In this document: positions 43,723 to 54,020 of the stretch, piece by piece
Layout of the letters: every line of letters starts with the position of its first letter
Position numbering within the stretch: position 1 is the stretch's first letter
NCBI GenBank assembly: GCA_034004115.1
Contig: JAVEXG010000004.1
Coordinates: forward strand, 4,593-68,592
Length of the DNA: 64,000 nt
Source: Bacteroidales bacterium
Lineage (GTDB): Bacteria > Bacteroidota > Bacteroidia > Bacteroidales > VadinHA17
Direction of reading: 5' to 3'
The notes under the pieces: generated by a model
The model's database searches: none
Told to the model about the DNA's origin: nothing
What the model saw: the letters and a program-made list of their open reading frames with translations, nothing else
Translations under genes and position numbers: made by a program

Positions 43723-44556
43723 TTACTTCCTCTTTATCACCAGCCTCTTATTTTGCTTCAGGCTGATGTAAAGCCATATAAACCCGGCAATAACGAACGG
43801 AATGCTTAGCCACTGACCCATGTTCAGCGTCATTGCCGATTCGAAATCGACCTGGTCCTCCTTCAGGAATTCAATGAAGAATCTTGCAGTGAAGATAAGT
43901 ATAAGTGTCAGGCTGATCAGAACGCCCTGTATGTGCTGTCCCTTGTTTTTCCAGTAGATCCTCATCAGCAGGAAAAAAATGAACAGGTAAGCCAGCCCCT
44001 CGTATATTTGTGTCGGATGCTTCGGGGCAGTCTCTCCGTTCCTCAGAAACACAAAGCCCCAGGGCATTGTGGTTTCAACTCCGTAAATCTCTGAATTCAT
44101 AAGGTTGCCCATCCTGATGAAGAAGCCCGAAAGGGCAACAACAATTGCAACCCGGTCGATTATCCAGGTATAGTCCTTTTTCTCCTTTCTCACGAAGAGC
44201 CAGAGGGAGATCAGGATACCGATAGCTGCTCCGTGACTCGCTAGTCCTCCGTGCCATATCTTGAGAATTTCGCCGGGATGACTGAGGTAATATGCCGGTT
44301 CATAGAAGAGACAATGCCCAAGGCGCGCACCGATTATAACCCCCAGAGCCACATACACGGTCAGACGGTCGAGACTGGCCTGAGAAAGATTTTCATTCCT
44401 GAAAACCTTGTCCAGGATTATATACCCGAAAAGAAACGAGGAAGCGAACAACAATCCGTACCATCTGATGGCAAACGATCCTATACGGAATATCTCGGGA
44501 TTGACATCCCAGGGAATGACAAGTAAATGCATAATCGGAATTGTTATGATCAGCAA
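43723..44556 (-). CDS. lgt: Prolipoprotein diacylglyceryl transferase
   Basis: 277 aa. IRWYGLLF, GARLGH, GGLASHG and HPTQIYE motifs. An alternative start is at 44532. Confidence 0.92.
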   Translation of the reverse strand: MLIITIPIMHLLVIPWDVNPEIFRIGSFAIRWYGLLFASSFLFGYIILDKVFRNENLSQASLDRLTVYVALGVIIGARLGHCLFYEPAYYLSHPGEILKIWHGGLASHGAAIGILISLWLFVRKEKKDYTWIIDRVAIVVALSGFFIRMGNLMNSEIYGVETTMPWGFVFLRNGETAPKHPTQIYEGLAYLFIFFLLMRIYWKNKGQHIQGVLISLTLILIFTARFFIEFLKEDQVDFESAMTLNMGQWLSIPFVIAGFIWLYISLKQNKRLVIKRK

Positions 44557-44631
44557 ATTTAGTCATATTTGGCAAAGTAGCTTCATGTTTTTCCAATATC
44601 GTTGCACTACAGGCAGGTGGTGATATAAGGT

Positions 44632-46485
44632 ATGCTTAAAAAATGTAAGTTTGTAATCGAAATGGCCGAATACTATATGATCCATAACGCGAACCGATAC
44701 ATTTCCTTCCTTATCCTGATCAGTTTACTGGCATTCGGCTGTGCAAAGATAAGCACTCCTTCCGGCGGACCCAGGGACAGGGATATTCCCGTGATAGTCA
44801 AAAGTCTCCCGGAGAATGGTTCAACCAGCTTCAGGGGGAAGGAAATAATAGTCACTTTCAACGAATATGTGGTTTTGGAACAGATCACAGAAAAATTCAT
44901 GGTGTCGCCCCCGATGACCAAGCGGCCCGAAATTACAACCCGTGGTAAAAGCATCAGGATAAGATATGAGGACGAACTGAGGGACAGCACCACCTATACT
45001 TTTTATTTTCAGGATGCAATAAGGGACCTCAACGAAGGCAACGCAATAAACAACTACCAGTTCGTTTTCTCGACTGGTCCTGTAATCGACTCATTGTCGC
45101 TTGCCGGAAACGTATATACCGGACTTAACCTCGATCCGCCCGGGAATACACTCGTGCTTCTTTACAGCCAGCCCGAAGATTCTGCCGTTTTCAGAGATAT
45201 TCCTGATTATATAACACGAGCCTCCCTTAACGGCGAATTCCGGATCGATAACGTCAGAGCGGGATCGTACCGGCTTTATGCTCTTGTGGATGCCGACAAC
45301 AGCAAAAACTACAACCTCAGGGAGGAAAGTTTTGCTTTTTACGGCGAACCGGTTCAGGTTACACCTGAGAAAAATTTCCTTCCGGTGGCAAAAGATTCAA
45401 TTGCCTCAGTCGCTGCTCCTCCAGCTGCAGGGAAGGTTCCTGAAAAACCTCCTGTTACGGGCGATTTTCCGCTTATCATGTTCCAGGCTGAAAAGAAACT
45501 GCATTATCTGGCCTCTTCATCACGCAAGCAGGCTTACCAGCTCTCTTTCATCCTTTCAAAGCCTCCCGACTCGCTAGGTTTCAGGTTTTCAATTCCCGGG
45601 GCAAGCGACAAGGCATGGTTGACAGAACATAGCCGAAAGAGGGACTCTATAACGGTATGGCTCACTGATTCAGCTCTTTACAACAGACCGATCCTCGAGC
45701 CAGTTATAAGCTACCCGTTCACCGACTCCCTCGGTGTCACTTCCCTTAAGGATGACACTCTCCAGATGAGGTTTGTGGCTGCCGTTCAGAGATCAACGAG
45801 GGGTCAGGCACCTAAAAGAACTCCATACAAGATAACCCATGGTTTGTCGGGCCAGGTCAGGCCTGCCGGCAGGATAGCCTTCACGGCTCCTTCGCCGATG
45901 AGACCTCCCGATACTTCAGCAGTAAAGCTGTATGAAGTCCTGAAGGATCAGAAAACAAGGATACCCGTAACCTTTACCGGCGACAGCTCCTTATACAGCC
46001 GTTACTACATGAACGCTGAACTGAAATCCGGAAAGAATTATCTCTTTATAAGCGATTCGGCGGCCTTTACAAGCATTTATGGCGATTACTCCGATTCGAC
46101 GGGCGTCAAGTTCCTGGTACCGGGACCCGAATCATACGGGAAACTGATACTCGATATAACAGGTCATTACGGAGGGAAAATCATTCAGCTTCTAACTGAA
46201 CGTGAAGAACTTGTACGGCAGGAATATCTTACCGATACAGCCAGGCTTGAGTTTCCGCTTCTAGGGCAGGGAAAGTACAAGGTCCGTGCTATATTTGACC
46301 TCGACGGCAACAGGGAATGGACAACCGGCGACTTCGATTTTCACCGTCAGCCGGAGCCTGTCTCATATTACCCCGGACTTATTGAGATCAAGGAGAACTG
46401 GGAGGTGGTTAATCCATGGAAACTCACCCCTGTCAACTTTAAACAGTATGAATTGCAGAACAGAAAAACTGGTACGTCCCGATGA
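44632..46485 (+). CDS. Ig-like (SbsA-type) domain lipoprotein of unknown function
   Basis: 617 aa. Alternative starts at 44662 and 44677. Lipobox LLAFGC followed by PSGGPRD..PVIV...P.NGSTSF....I.VTFNEYV, typical of SbsA-Ig N-terminal domains in Bacteroidota lipoproteins. Confidence 0.7.
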   Translation: MLKKCKFVIEMAEYYMIHNANRYISFLILISLLAFGCAKISTPSGGPRDRDIPVIVKSLPENGSTSFRGKEIIVTFNEYVVLEQITEKFMVSPPMTKRPEITTRGKSIRIRYEDELRDSTTYTFYFQDAIRDLNEGNAINNYQFVFSTGPVIDSLSLAGNVYTGLNLDPPGNTLVLLYSQPEDSAVFRDIPDYITRASLNGEFRIDNVRAGSYRLYALVDADNSKNYNLREESFAFYGEPVQVTPEKNFLPVAKDSIASVAAPPAAGKVPEKPPVTGDFPLIMFQAEKKLHYLASSSRKQAYQLSFILSKPPDSLGFRFSIPGASDKAWLTEHSRKRDSITVWLTDSALYNRPILEPVISYPFTDSLGVTSLKDDTLQMRFVAAVQRSTRGQAPKRTPYKITHGLSGQVRPAGRIAFTAPSPMRPPDTSAVKLYEVLKDQKTRIPVTFTGDSSLYSRYYMNAELKSGKNYLFISDSAAFTSIYGDYSDSTGVKFLVPGPESYGKLILDITGHYGGKIIQLLTEREELVRQEYLTDTARLEFPLLGQGKYKVRAIFDLDGNREWTTGDFDFHRQPEPVSYYPGLIEIKENWEVVNPWKLTPVNFKQYELQNRKTGTSR

Positions 46486-46588
46486 TCGAAATGTGGACTA
46501 AAACCAATATATTTCACAAGCGGAAAACAAGCTTATGCCAATCATGGCGAATATTAAATAATATATTAATAATTAAAATGTTGCAGAT

Positions 46589-47542
46589 ATGAAAAAAGTA
46601 GTAGCAGGTGTTGATATCGGTGGAACCAACACCGTGTTCGGCATTGTTGACACAGAAGGCAAGGTTCTTTCTGAAGGTCATCTCAAGACGACCGATTACC
46701 CTGAGATCAAGGATTTTGTAAAAGCTCTTGGCGCCGGAGTAAAGAAACTTCTCGCCGGCAAGAAGGACCTTGAACTGGTCGGCATTGGAATAGGCGCCCC
46801 GGATGCAAACTACCACAGGGGAACCATTGAGCATGCTCCCAACCTTGCATGGAAAGGTATTGTTCCGCTGGGCGACCTTGTAAAAAAGGAACTCAACGTC
46901 CAGGTTGCTGTTACAAATGACGCCAACGCCGCCGCTATGGGCGAAATGGTTTTCGGCGGAGCCAGGGGCATGAAGGATTTCATCATTCTGACCCTGGGAA
47001 CGGGCCTCGGCAGCGGTATAGTGGTCGATGGCAAACTGGTTTACGGACATACCGGTTTCGCCGGTGAGGTAGGCCACCTTTGCATCGTTCCCGGAGGAAG
47101 GGAATGCGGTTGCGGCCGTAAAGGCTGCCTCGAAACCTATGCTTCGGCAACCGGACTTGTAAAAACAGTATCACTGATGATCAGCGAAATGAGAGATGAC
47201 AGCCCGCTGAGGGACATGCCACCCGCAAAGCTTACGTCAAAGGCTATTGCTGAAGCTGCTGCCAAAGGCGACCCCATTGCACTGAAAGCCATGGAGTACA
47301 CTGCAGAAAAGCTTGGTCTTGGTATTATCAATTCAATAGTCTATACCAGCCCCGAAGCCATCTTCCTTTTCGGAGGACTTGCCAACGCCGGTGAACTTCT
47401 TTTCAAACCGGTAAGGGAATACCTCAAAAAGAACAATTACATTCTGTTTAAAAATACTGTCAAGATACTTCCTTCAGGTATTCCGGAATCCAATGGCGCA
47501 GTCCTTGGCTCAGCCGCACTTATCCTGAACGATCTTAACTGA
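46589..47542 (+). CDS. ROK-family sugar kinase (glucokinase/N-acetylhexosamine kinase type), paralog 1
   Basis: 317 aa. GVDIGGTN, NDANAAAMGE, LGTGLGSG, Zn-Cys motif GHLCIVPGGRECGCGRKGCLE. Confidence 0.9.
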   Translation: MKKVVAGVDIGGTNTVFGIVDTEGKVLSEGHLKTTDYPEIKDFVKALGAGVKKLLAGKKDLELVGIGIGAPDANYHRGTIEHAPNLAWKGIVPLGDLVKKELNVQVAVTNDANAAAMGEMVFGGARGMKDFIILTLGTGLGSGIVVDGKLVYGHTGFAGEVGHLCIVPGGRECGCGRKGCLETYASATGLVKTVSLMISEMRDDSPLRDMPPAKLTSKAIAEAAAKGDPIALKAMEYTAEKLGLGIINSIVYTSPEAIFLFGGLANAGELLFKPVREYLKKNNYILFKNTVKILPSGIPESNGAVLGSAALILNDLN

Positions 47543-47553
47543 CACTTATAACA

Positions 47554-48207
47554 GTGAAAACCCTCAGGGTCAATAAGATTGAGCATGACAGCGATCAGCC
47601 TCCGATGGAGGAGATCTCTGCTTTGCTCGACGGCCTGAATGTCAGGCACCGTATAGGTGAACTGAACTGGAGGGGTAATGACTACAGTCCCGAAGCAGGC
47701 TTCTCAATTGCCCGGACACGTCTTGAGATCCTTCTGAAATACTACGTGAGGGAGAAGTGGTTCAAGGCTGAGAAGACTGAGACAAATCAGGAGGTCTACG
47801 AAGATTCATGTGTGGAATTCTTCGTTTCACCTGCTGACGACGGGATTTACTACAATTTTGAATTCAATGCCATCGGTACCTGCCTTATGGGGGCAGGTAC
47901 CGGAAGGCACGACAGAAAAAGAGCCGACCCCTCCGTAACTGCGAAGATCCGACGGCTTGCATCTGCAGGTAAAAATCCAATAAGCGAAAGCGTAGGGGAC
48001 TTTACCTGGACTCTCACCCTGGCAATCCCGTTCAGCACACTGATCCATCATAAGGTGGACGTCAGGGAAGGGAGCATATTCAGGGCAAACTTTTATAAAT
48101 GCGGCGACAAACTGACTATGCCGCATTACCTTACATGGAATCCGGTTGGCACAGAAAAACCCGATTTCCACAGACCTGAATTTTTCGGGTCTCTTGAATT
48201 TGTCTGA
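47554..48207 (+). CDS. Carbohydrate-binding family 9-like cytoplasmic protein
   Basis: 217 aa with a GTG start and no signal peptide. SCVEFFVSP..DGIYYNFEFNAIGT and FRANFYKCGD resemble the CBM9/DOMON-like fold. It starts 11 nt after the ROK gene. Confidence 0.7.
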   Translation: MKTLRVNKIEHDSDQPPMEEISALLDGLNVRHRIGELNWRGNDYSPEAGFSIARTRLEILLKYYVREKWFKAEKTETNQEVYEDSCVEFFVSPADDGIYYNFEFNAIGTCLMGAGTGRHDRKRADPSVTAKIRRLASAGKNPISESVGDFTWTLTLAIPFSTLIHHKVDVREGSIFRANFYKCGDKLTMPHYLTWNPVGTEKPDFHRPEFFGSLEFV

Positions 48208-48309
48208 TCCGGGTCGGCAGACCGTTAGCTGCCCTGTTCATGGATTATTTTCATATTTGTTGTAATCATATACTGAATTTCAGGCCATTAAATTTAAAAT
48301 TATATACTG

Positions 48310-49326
48310 ATGAATCTGAATGAAACAAAGTACAGCAGGTTTTCCCTTATCCGGGAGATGCTCGAAACACCGGGGATCATCGAAGCTTTCGATCCGAAGG
48401 TCTCTGACCGTTTCGTGAACCCGGTGAAAGCCAAAAAGGGTTTGTTCCTTACAGGAGAGGGAAGCAGCAGGCTTTTCCCTGCAAAAAGAGCGATCTGGTC
48501 AAATCTGAAGAAGGAATTTCTGATGCCGGTCATCACAGAGGGATGCACCCAGGCAAGAGAATATAACCTGGATGACTTTGCGGTTTTCCTGGCCTCTAAC
48601 TCAGGTCAGACCAAGGAAGTGATCAGGCTTGTTAACGTTCTTAAGGCTAAAAATCATAAACCGGTACTCGGTCTCACTGCAAACCAGAACACAAAACTTC
48701 AGGAATTCGCCGACGACACCCACGTCCTTTCGTGCGGGAAGGAAGAAGCAGTTGCAGCTACCAAATCGGTGATTGAACAGGGTCTTTTCTATGACTCGCT
48801 TCTCAGGAATATCCGCGGCGAAAAAATGGAAGGTCTGGGCACTCTTGCAAGGCAGACCGAAGAGGTGCTGACTGCCCCCATCGACAGCAGGATAACCGAA
48901 CTGATAAGCAGGGCTGAAATCATCTACTTTGCCGGACGCGACAACGGCGTGGCTGCTGAAATTGCATTGAAGACCAATGAGATAACCAGAAAGAGATCAG
49001 TGTTCTTCGAAGGAACTTTCGCACTCCATGGCATTGAGGAGGTGATGAACAACGATGAGGTCCTTATCTGGGTCGATCCCTTCGATGTCGATCAGGATAA
49101 ATTCATGGAATGCATAGTGAAGGGCGTCGGGGTTCATGTCATAGCGATTTCAACTCACCAGACGATCTTCCCGACAATAGTCATCCCCGAGGGAGGCGAT
49201 TATGCCGAATACCTCCAGCTTGCAGCAGGATGGAATATTCTTGTTGAAACAGGTGTGGCACTCGGCATCGACCTCGATCATCCGAAGAGAGCCAGGAAAG
49301 TCGGAAACGAATATGTACCTGAATAG
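48310..49326 (+). CDS. SIS-domain phosphosugar isomerase/deaminase (GlmS-isomerase/AgaS/NagB-II-like)
   Basis: 338 aa. LTGEGSSR, LASNSGQTKEV and VAATKS motifs of tandem SIS domains. Confidence 0.82.
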   Translation: MNLNETKYSRFSLIREMLETPGIIEAFDPKVSDRFVNPVKAKKGLFLTGEGSSRLFPAKRAIWSNLKKEFLMPVITEGCTQAREYNLDDFAVFLASNSGQTKEVIRLVNVLKAKNHKPVLGLTANQNTKLQEFADDTHVLSCGKEEAVAATKSVIEQGLFYDSLLRNIRGEKMEGLGTLARQTEEVLTAPIDSRITELISRAEIIYFAGRDNGVAAEIALKTNEITRKRSVFFEGTFALHGIEEVMNNDEVLIWVDPFDVDQDKFMECIVKGVGVHVIAISTHQTIFPTIVIPEGGDYAEYLQLAAGWNILVETGVALGIDLDHPKRARKVGNEYVPE

Positions 49327-49355
49327 GCGCTGAGCAGGGATAAATTTAACTAAAT

Positions 49356-50327
49356 ATGGCACGTAAAAAAGCAGTAGCAGGCATTGATATTGGAGGAACA
49401 AACACGGCTTTCGCTTTAGTCGACCGTAAAGGGAATATTATTGCTGAAGACAAAATCAAGACTTCCCAGTACCCGAAGGCCGAAGATTATGTAGCCGCAT
49501 TGTACACGAAAATAATGCAGATCTACAGGAAAACGGAAGATGAGGTTGAACTTGTCGGATTCGGGATAGGGGCGCCAATGGGCAATATAAACAAAGGCAC
49601 TATCGAGTATCCGGCCAACCTGCCGTGGAAGGGAATAACTCCGCTGGCCGAGCTCTTCGGAAAGCATACCGACCTTCCCGTGGTGGTGACAAACGATGCG
49701 AACGCTGCAGCCGTCGGCGAGATGGTCTACGGAGGCGCCAAGAACATGAAGGATTTTGTAGTCATCACGCTGGGAACTGGTCTGGGAAGCGGGTTTGTTG
49801 TAAACGGGAAACTGCTCTACGGCCATCAGGGATTTGCAGGTGAACTCGGACATACGACAATCAGGCCGGGACTCTGTAACCGGGAATGCGACTGCGGCAA
49901 AAAGGGATGCCTTGAGACCTATGTCTCGGCAACCGGCCTGAAGCGGACACTGCTGAAGGTAATGGCCGACAGCATTAGCCCCAGCGATCTCAGAAAATAC
50001 AGCTTCGACCAGCTTGATGCTGAAATGGTACATGCTGCGGCTAAAAAGGGTGATCCGATAGCCCTGGCAGCCTTCGAAAGGACAGGCGTTATACTCGGTT
50101 TCAAGCTTGCCGATGTAGTCTCACACCTGAACCCCGAGGCAATTTTCCTTTTCGGCGGCCTGGCCCAGGCAAAAGAACTGATATTTGAACCTGCACGAAG
50201 ATCGATGGAAGAAAACCTTCTTCATATCTACAAGGGAAAGGTGAAGATACTTCCTTCGAAACTCAGTACAAAAAATGCTGCTGTTCTCGGTGCAAGCTCA
50301 CTGATATGGACCCTCAGGGAATCGTGA
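49356..50327 (+). CDS. ROK-family sugar kinase, paralog 2
   Basis: 323 aa, roughly half identical by eye to 46589..47542. GIDIGGTN, NDANAAAVGE, GHTTIRPGLCNRECDCGKKGCLE. Confidence 0.9.
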   Translation: MARKKAVAGIDIGGTNTAFALVDRKGNIIAEDKIKTSQYPKAEDYVAALYTKIMQIYRKTEDEVELVGFGIGAPMGNINKGTIEYPANLPWKGITPLAELFGKHTDLPVVVTNDANAAAVGEMVYGGAKNMKDFVVITLGTGLGSGFVVNGKLLYGHQGFAGELGHTTIRPGLCNRECDCGKKGCLETYVSATGLKRTLLKVMADSISPSDLRKYSFDQLDAEMVHAAAKKGDPIALAAFERTGVILGFKLADVVSHLNPEAIFLFGGLAQAKELIFEPARRSMEENLLHIYKGKVKILPSKLSTKNAAVLGASSLIWTLRES

Positions 50328-50351
50328 TAAAGACTTTTAATACCCGGTGAT

Positions 50352-50738
50352 ATGGCAAATTTCAATGAAATATTAAATCATGTTCTCGGTATTGTCTTCA
50401 TAATCATCATATTTGCAGGCGCATACGCTTGCCTGAAGCCCCACCAGCTGCATAAGCGAAGGCTGTTGTCCACACTCCTGCTGAAACTGAGCTACCTCTT
50501 TTACCTACTTGTGCTTTGCATCATCGTTTATCTTTCGGCGCTTGTAAAGGGCGGCCTCGACAAGGTATTCTACGGAATTGAGTTCTTTGCTTTCCTGATA
50601 ATGCTCTTTGGTCCAAACATCGGGATATTTGCAAGGAAACTCGAATATTTCAGCAAGAAACGGGAACAGTACAATTACTTCTTTACTATCGTTAACATCC
50701 TGGCGGTGATGGCAATAGTGGTCATGTACCTGGTATAG
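50352..50738 (+). CDS. Small integral membrane protein (4 TM), unknown function
   Basis: 128 aa with four hydrophobic segments. It lies 24 nt after the ROK gene on the same strand. Confidence 0.65.
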   Translation: MANFNEILNHVLGIVFIIIIFAGAYACLKPHQLHKRRLLSTLLLKLSYLFYLLVLCIIVYLSALVKGGLDKVFYGIEFFAFLIMLFGPNIGIFARKLEYFSKKREQYNYFFTIVNILAVMAIVVMYLV

Positions 50739-50803
50739 ACCAGTCTCAGGTATTGCAATTGCAAATAAATTTTACCTTTGCCCTTAACCAATAACCTATA
50801 ACT

Positions 50804-52456
50804 ATGATCAAAGAACGACTGATCGGGTATATTGAACAGAGCATAACCCAGAACTGGGAAATGGAAGCTCTGTCGAATTACAAGGAAAAAGGGATGTCTT
50901 ACAAGGAGATAGCCGGTAAGATGCTCAAGATGCACATGTTTTTCAGGGAAGCCGGAATCAGGGAGGGCGACAAGATAGCACTCGTCGGAAGAAACTCGGC
51001 CAACTGGTGCATTACATACCTGGCAACAGTAACTTACGGGGCCGTCATTGTTCCTATTCTTCCTGATTTCAAACCCGACGATCTTTCCAACCTTGTAAAT
51101 CATTCAGATGCCACGCTCCTTTTTGCCGACGATAAGTTATACGAGTCAATTGATCCGGATAAAATCCCTCAGATTACGGGGGTGGTATCGGTCGATTCCT
51201 TTAAGCTGATAACTTCCCGGGATGAGAGCCTGAAAGCAAATTTCGACTCACTCGAAGAGAAATATCTGAAGACATATTCCGAACTAAAGAAGGAAGACAT
51301 AAAATTTTCAGACATTTCCAACGACAAGCTGGCTGTCATAAGCTATACCGGCGGCACTACAGGCTTCTCAAAAGGAGTAATGCTTTCGCATAACAGTCTT
51401 GCCGCAAATGTGCGTTACGCACAGGCAAACATGCCGCTCAGCCCGGGCGACCCTCTTGTTTCTTTCCTCCCGCTCGCTCATACATACGGGTGCGCTTTCG
51501 AATTCCTCTTCCCCTTCACATACGGATGCCATATCACCATATTGTCAAAAACTCCGTCACCACAGATCATAGTGCAGGCATTCAAGGAGATAAGGCCAAG
51601 ACTTATATTGTCAGTACCGCTGGTTATCGAGAAGATATTCAAGAAACAACTCCTTCCTGTCATAACCAAACCGCACATGAAACTCCTGCTTGCTATACCC
51701 GGAATCAACGGGATTCTGCACAAGAAGATCAATCAGAAGCTCACCGACACCTTTGGCGGACGATTCAAGGAAATAGTAATCGGAGGCGCTGCCTTCAACG
51801 CTGAAGCTGAAAGGTTCTTCAGGAAGATAGGATTCAGGTTCACTGTAGGCTATGGAATGACCGAGTGCGGGCCCCTGATCAGCTATGCATCGTGGGATAC
51901 CACAAAACTGGGAGCCTCCGGCCGCCCGGTTGACAGTCTGGAAGTCACAATCGATTCGTCCGATCCGGAGAAGGAGATGGGCGAGATAATCCTCCGCGGC
52001 GAGAACGTTATGCTCGGATATTACAAGAATGAGAAGGCTACCAGGGAGATTATAGATGAAAACGGCTGGATGCACACCGGCGACCTCGGTATAATGGATA
52101 AGGACAAGAACATCTTTATCAAGGGAAGAAGCAAAAGCATGATTCTCGGGCCTTCGGGAAAGAACATTTTCCCCGAGGAGATTGAAGCTGTTTTCAATAA
52201 CATGGATTATGTTGCAGAAACAGTAGTAATTATGGAGGATAATAAGCTTGTTGCGCTTATCTGCCCTGATAATGATGCTGTTAAAAAGGATAATTTATCC
52301 GAGGAACAGCTCCTGACCATTCTGGATCAGACAAGGAAAACAGTTAATGAGCGTCTTCCCGACTTCATGGCTGTAAGTAAATTCAGGATCCATCGCGAGG
52401 AGTTTGCAAAAACACCCAAGAGAAGCATTAAGAGATTCCTTTATACGAAGGAATAA
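50804..52456 (+). CDS. AMP-dependent synthetase/ligase (long-chain fatty-acid-CoA ligase-like)
   Basis: 550 aa. AMP-binding motif ISYTGGTTGFSKGVMLSH, GYGMTE, TGDLG..D.D...I.GR.K. Confidence 0.9.
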   Translation: MIKERLIGYIEQSITQNWEMEALSNYKEKGMSYKEIAGKMLKMHMFFREAGIREGDKIALVGRNSANWCITYLATVTYGAVIVPILPDFKPDDLSNLVNHSDATLLFADDKLYESIDPDKIPQITGVVSVDSFKLITSRDESLKANFDSLEEKYLKTYSELKKEDIKFSDISNDKLAVISYTGGTTGFSKGVMLSHNSLAANVRYAQANMPLSPGDPLVSFLPLAHTYGCAFEFLFPFTYGCHITILSKTPSPQIIVQAFKEIRPRLILSVPLVIEKIFKKQLLPVITKPHMKLLLAIPGINGILHKKINQKLTDTFGGRFKEIVIGGAAFNAEAERFFRKIGFRFTVGYGMTECGPLISYASWDTTKLGASGRPVDSLEVTIDSSDPEKEMGEIILRGENVMLGYYKNEKATREIIDENGWMHTGDLGIMDKDKNIFIKGRSKSMILGPSGKNIFPEEIEAVFNNMDYVAETVVIMEDNKLVALICPDNDAVKKDNLSEEQLLTILDQTRKTVNERLPDFMAVSKFRIHREEFAKTPKRSIKRFLYTKE

Positions 52457-52528
52457 TTTCATCATTTCAACACGCCCCTTACCGAGCTTCAGAGACTTAA
52501 GGCCCGGGGGCAGCCGGAATCAGTTTGA

Positions 52529-53200
52529 ATGGACCGTTATGCACTTATAGTTGCCGGCGGAGCCGGAAGGAGAATGGGTTCAGCCATTCCGAAACAGTTC
52601 CTTGAACTGGCGGGAAAGCCCGTTCTGATGCGTACTGTTGAACGCTTCTGCTTATTTGATCCCTTAATCAGGATAATTATAGTGCTTCCCCGCGACCAGT
52701 TCGCCTACTGGAATGAACTGATAATCCTACACTCATTCAGCCTGACACATTCACTGGCCGAAGGAGGACCCTCCAGATTCGAATCGGTAAGGAACGGCCT
52801 TGCAATGGTTGAGGACGACAGCCTTGTTGCCATTCACGATGGTGTCAGACCCCTTGTAAGCACTGCCACTATAGGAAACTGCTTTGCAACCGCTGCTGAA
52901 TACGGCAACGCAATACCTTCAGTCAACCCGGCCGATTCGGTGAGAATGGTGACCGGAGCGGGCAATATGCCGGTAAACAGGCAATTTCTACGGCTTATAC
53001 AAACCCCACAGGTGTTTAATTCCCGCCTGATTAAGAGAGCATACGCGACAGAATTCAACCCTGAATTCACCGACGATGCCATGGTCCTTGAAAAAACGGG
53101 CGAGGAGATCCGCCTTGTCGAGGGAAACAGGGAAAACATCAAAATTACAAACCCTGAGGATCTGATTATTGCCGAAACCCTGTTCTCTTCCGTTTCGTGA
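52529..53200 (+). CDS. ispD: 2-C-methyl-D-erythritol 4-phosphate cytidylyltransferase
   Basis: 223 aa. LIVAGGAGRRMGSAIPKQFL, IHDGVRP, QTPQVF, DDA. Confidence 0.92.
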   Translation: MDRYALIVAGGAGRRMGSAIPKQFLELAGKPVLMRTVERFCLFDPLIRIIIVLPRDQFAYWNELIILHSFSLTHSLAEGGPSRFESVRNGLAMVEDDSLVAIHDGVRPLVSTATIGNCFATAAEYGNAIPSVNPADSVRMVTGAGNMPVNRQFLRLIQTPQVFNSRLIKRAYATEFNPEFTDDAMVLEKTGEEIRLVEGNRENIKITNPEDLIIAETLFSSVS

Positions 53201-53245
53201 CTTTGCCGGTAATTTGTATCTTTAGGCAAATTTAAATTATCCGTC

Positions 53246-53998
53246 ATGAGAATCAGATTTGTAATGCTCTTCATGTTCCTTATTGTTGCTTCCGGTTGTG
53301 CGGAACTGCTTAATGTGCTGCAGTCAACCGTCAACGTTCCCCTTACCGAAGAGGAAGTTGTAAAAGGACTGAAGGAAGCCCTTTCGGTAGGTGCACGCAA
53401 TTCAGCAGAGAGGCTGTCGGCCGAGAACGGATACTACGGCGATGCCGCCATTAAAATCCTGCTCCCGGATGAGGCTAAGGTTATCATCGACAATATTTCA
53501 AGGATCCCCGGAGGCGAACAGCTTGTTGAGGATGTCGTACTGAGGATTAACAGGGCCGCCGAGGATGCTGCCAGGGAAGTAGCCCCGATATTCCTTAACA
53601 GCATCACCTCAATGACAATATCAGATGCGTTCAATATCCTCAGGGGAGCCGACAATGCCGCCACCAACTACCTGCGGACGACAACATCCGACGCCCTCAT
53701 CTCGCTTTATAAACCAAAAATCGCCAGTTCGACAGGGAAGAAGATTGTGGGGAATGTGTCTACAAAGGACTCCTGGGTGGCACTTACTGGTAAATGGAAT
53801 TCACTGGCAAATACCATCCCCGGGAAACTGGCCGGATTCAAACCGGTCAACGTCGACCTCGACGATTTTCTTACAAGAAAAGCACTAGAGGGCATGTTCT
53901 CAAAAGTGGAAAAAGAAGAGCTGAAGATAAGAAAGGAAGTGGAAGCGAGGGTAACCCCTCTGCTCCAGAGGGTATTTGGCTCTCTGGATGTTAGTTAG
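53246..53998 (+). CDS. DUF4197-like lipoprotein
   Basis: 250 aa. Lipobox IVASGC and the helical pattern LTEEEVVKGLKEALSVG...YYGDAAIKILLP that I recall for DUF4197. Confidence 0.72.
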   Translation: MRIRFVMLFMFLIVASGCAELLNVLQSTVNVPLTEEEVVKGLKEALSVGARNSAERLSAENGYYGDAAIKILLPDEAKVIIDNISRIPGGEQLVEDVVLRINRAAEDAAREVAPIFLNSITSMTISDAFNILRGADNAATNYLRTTTSDALISLYKPKIASSTGKKIVGNVSTKDSWVALTGKWNSLANTIPGKLAGFKPVNVDLDDFLTRKALEGMFSKVEKEELKIRKEVEARVTPLLQRVFGSLDVS

Positions 53999-54020
53999 AT
54001 GTCAATGAACCAGACTGCAT

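Noticed and set aside
43717-43728. Zero-nucleotide convergent junction between the TetR gene stop (43722) and the lgt stop (43723), as a possible overlapping regulatory feature. The same applies to 39225/39226.
   Set aside because: These are simple back-to-back stop codons (taa/tta and tga/tca). No hairpin or conserved motif is present, so this is probably just compact genome organisation.
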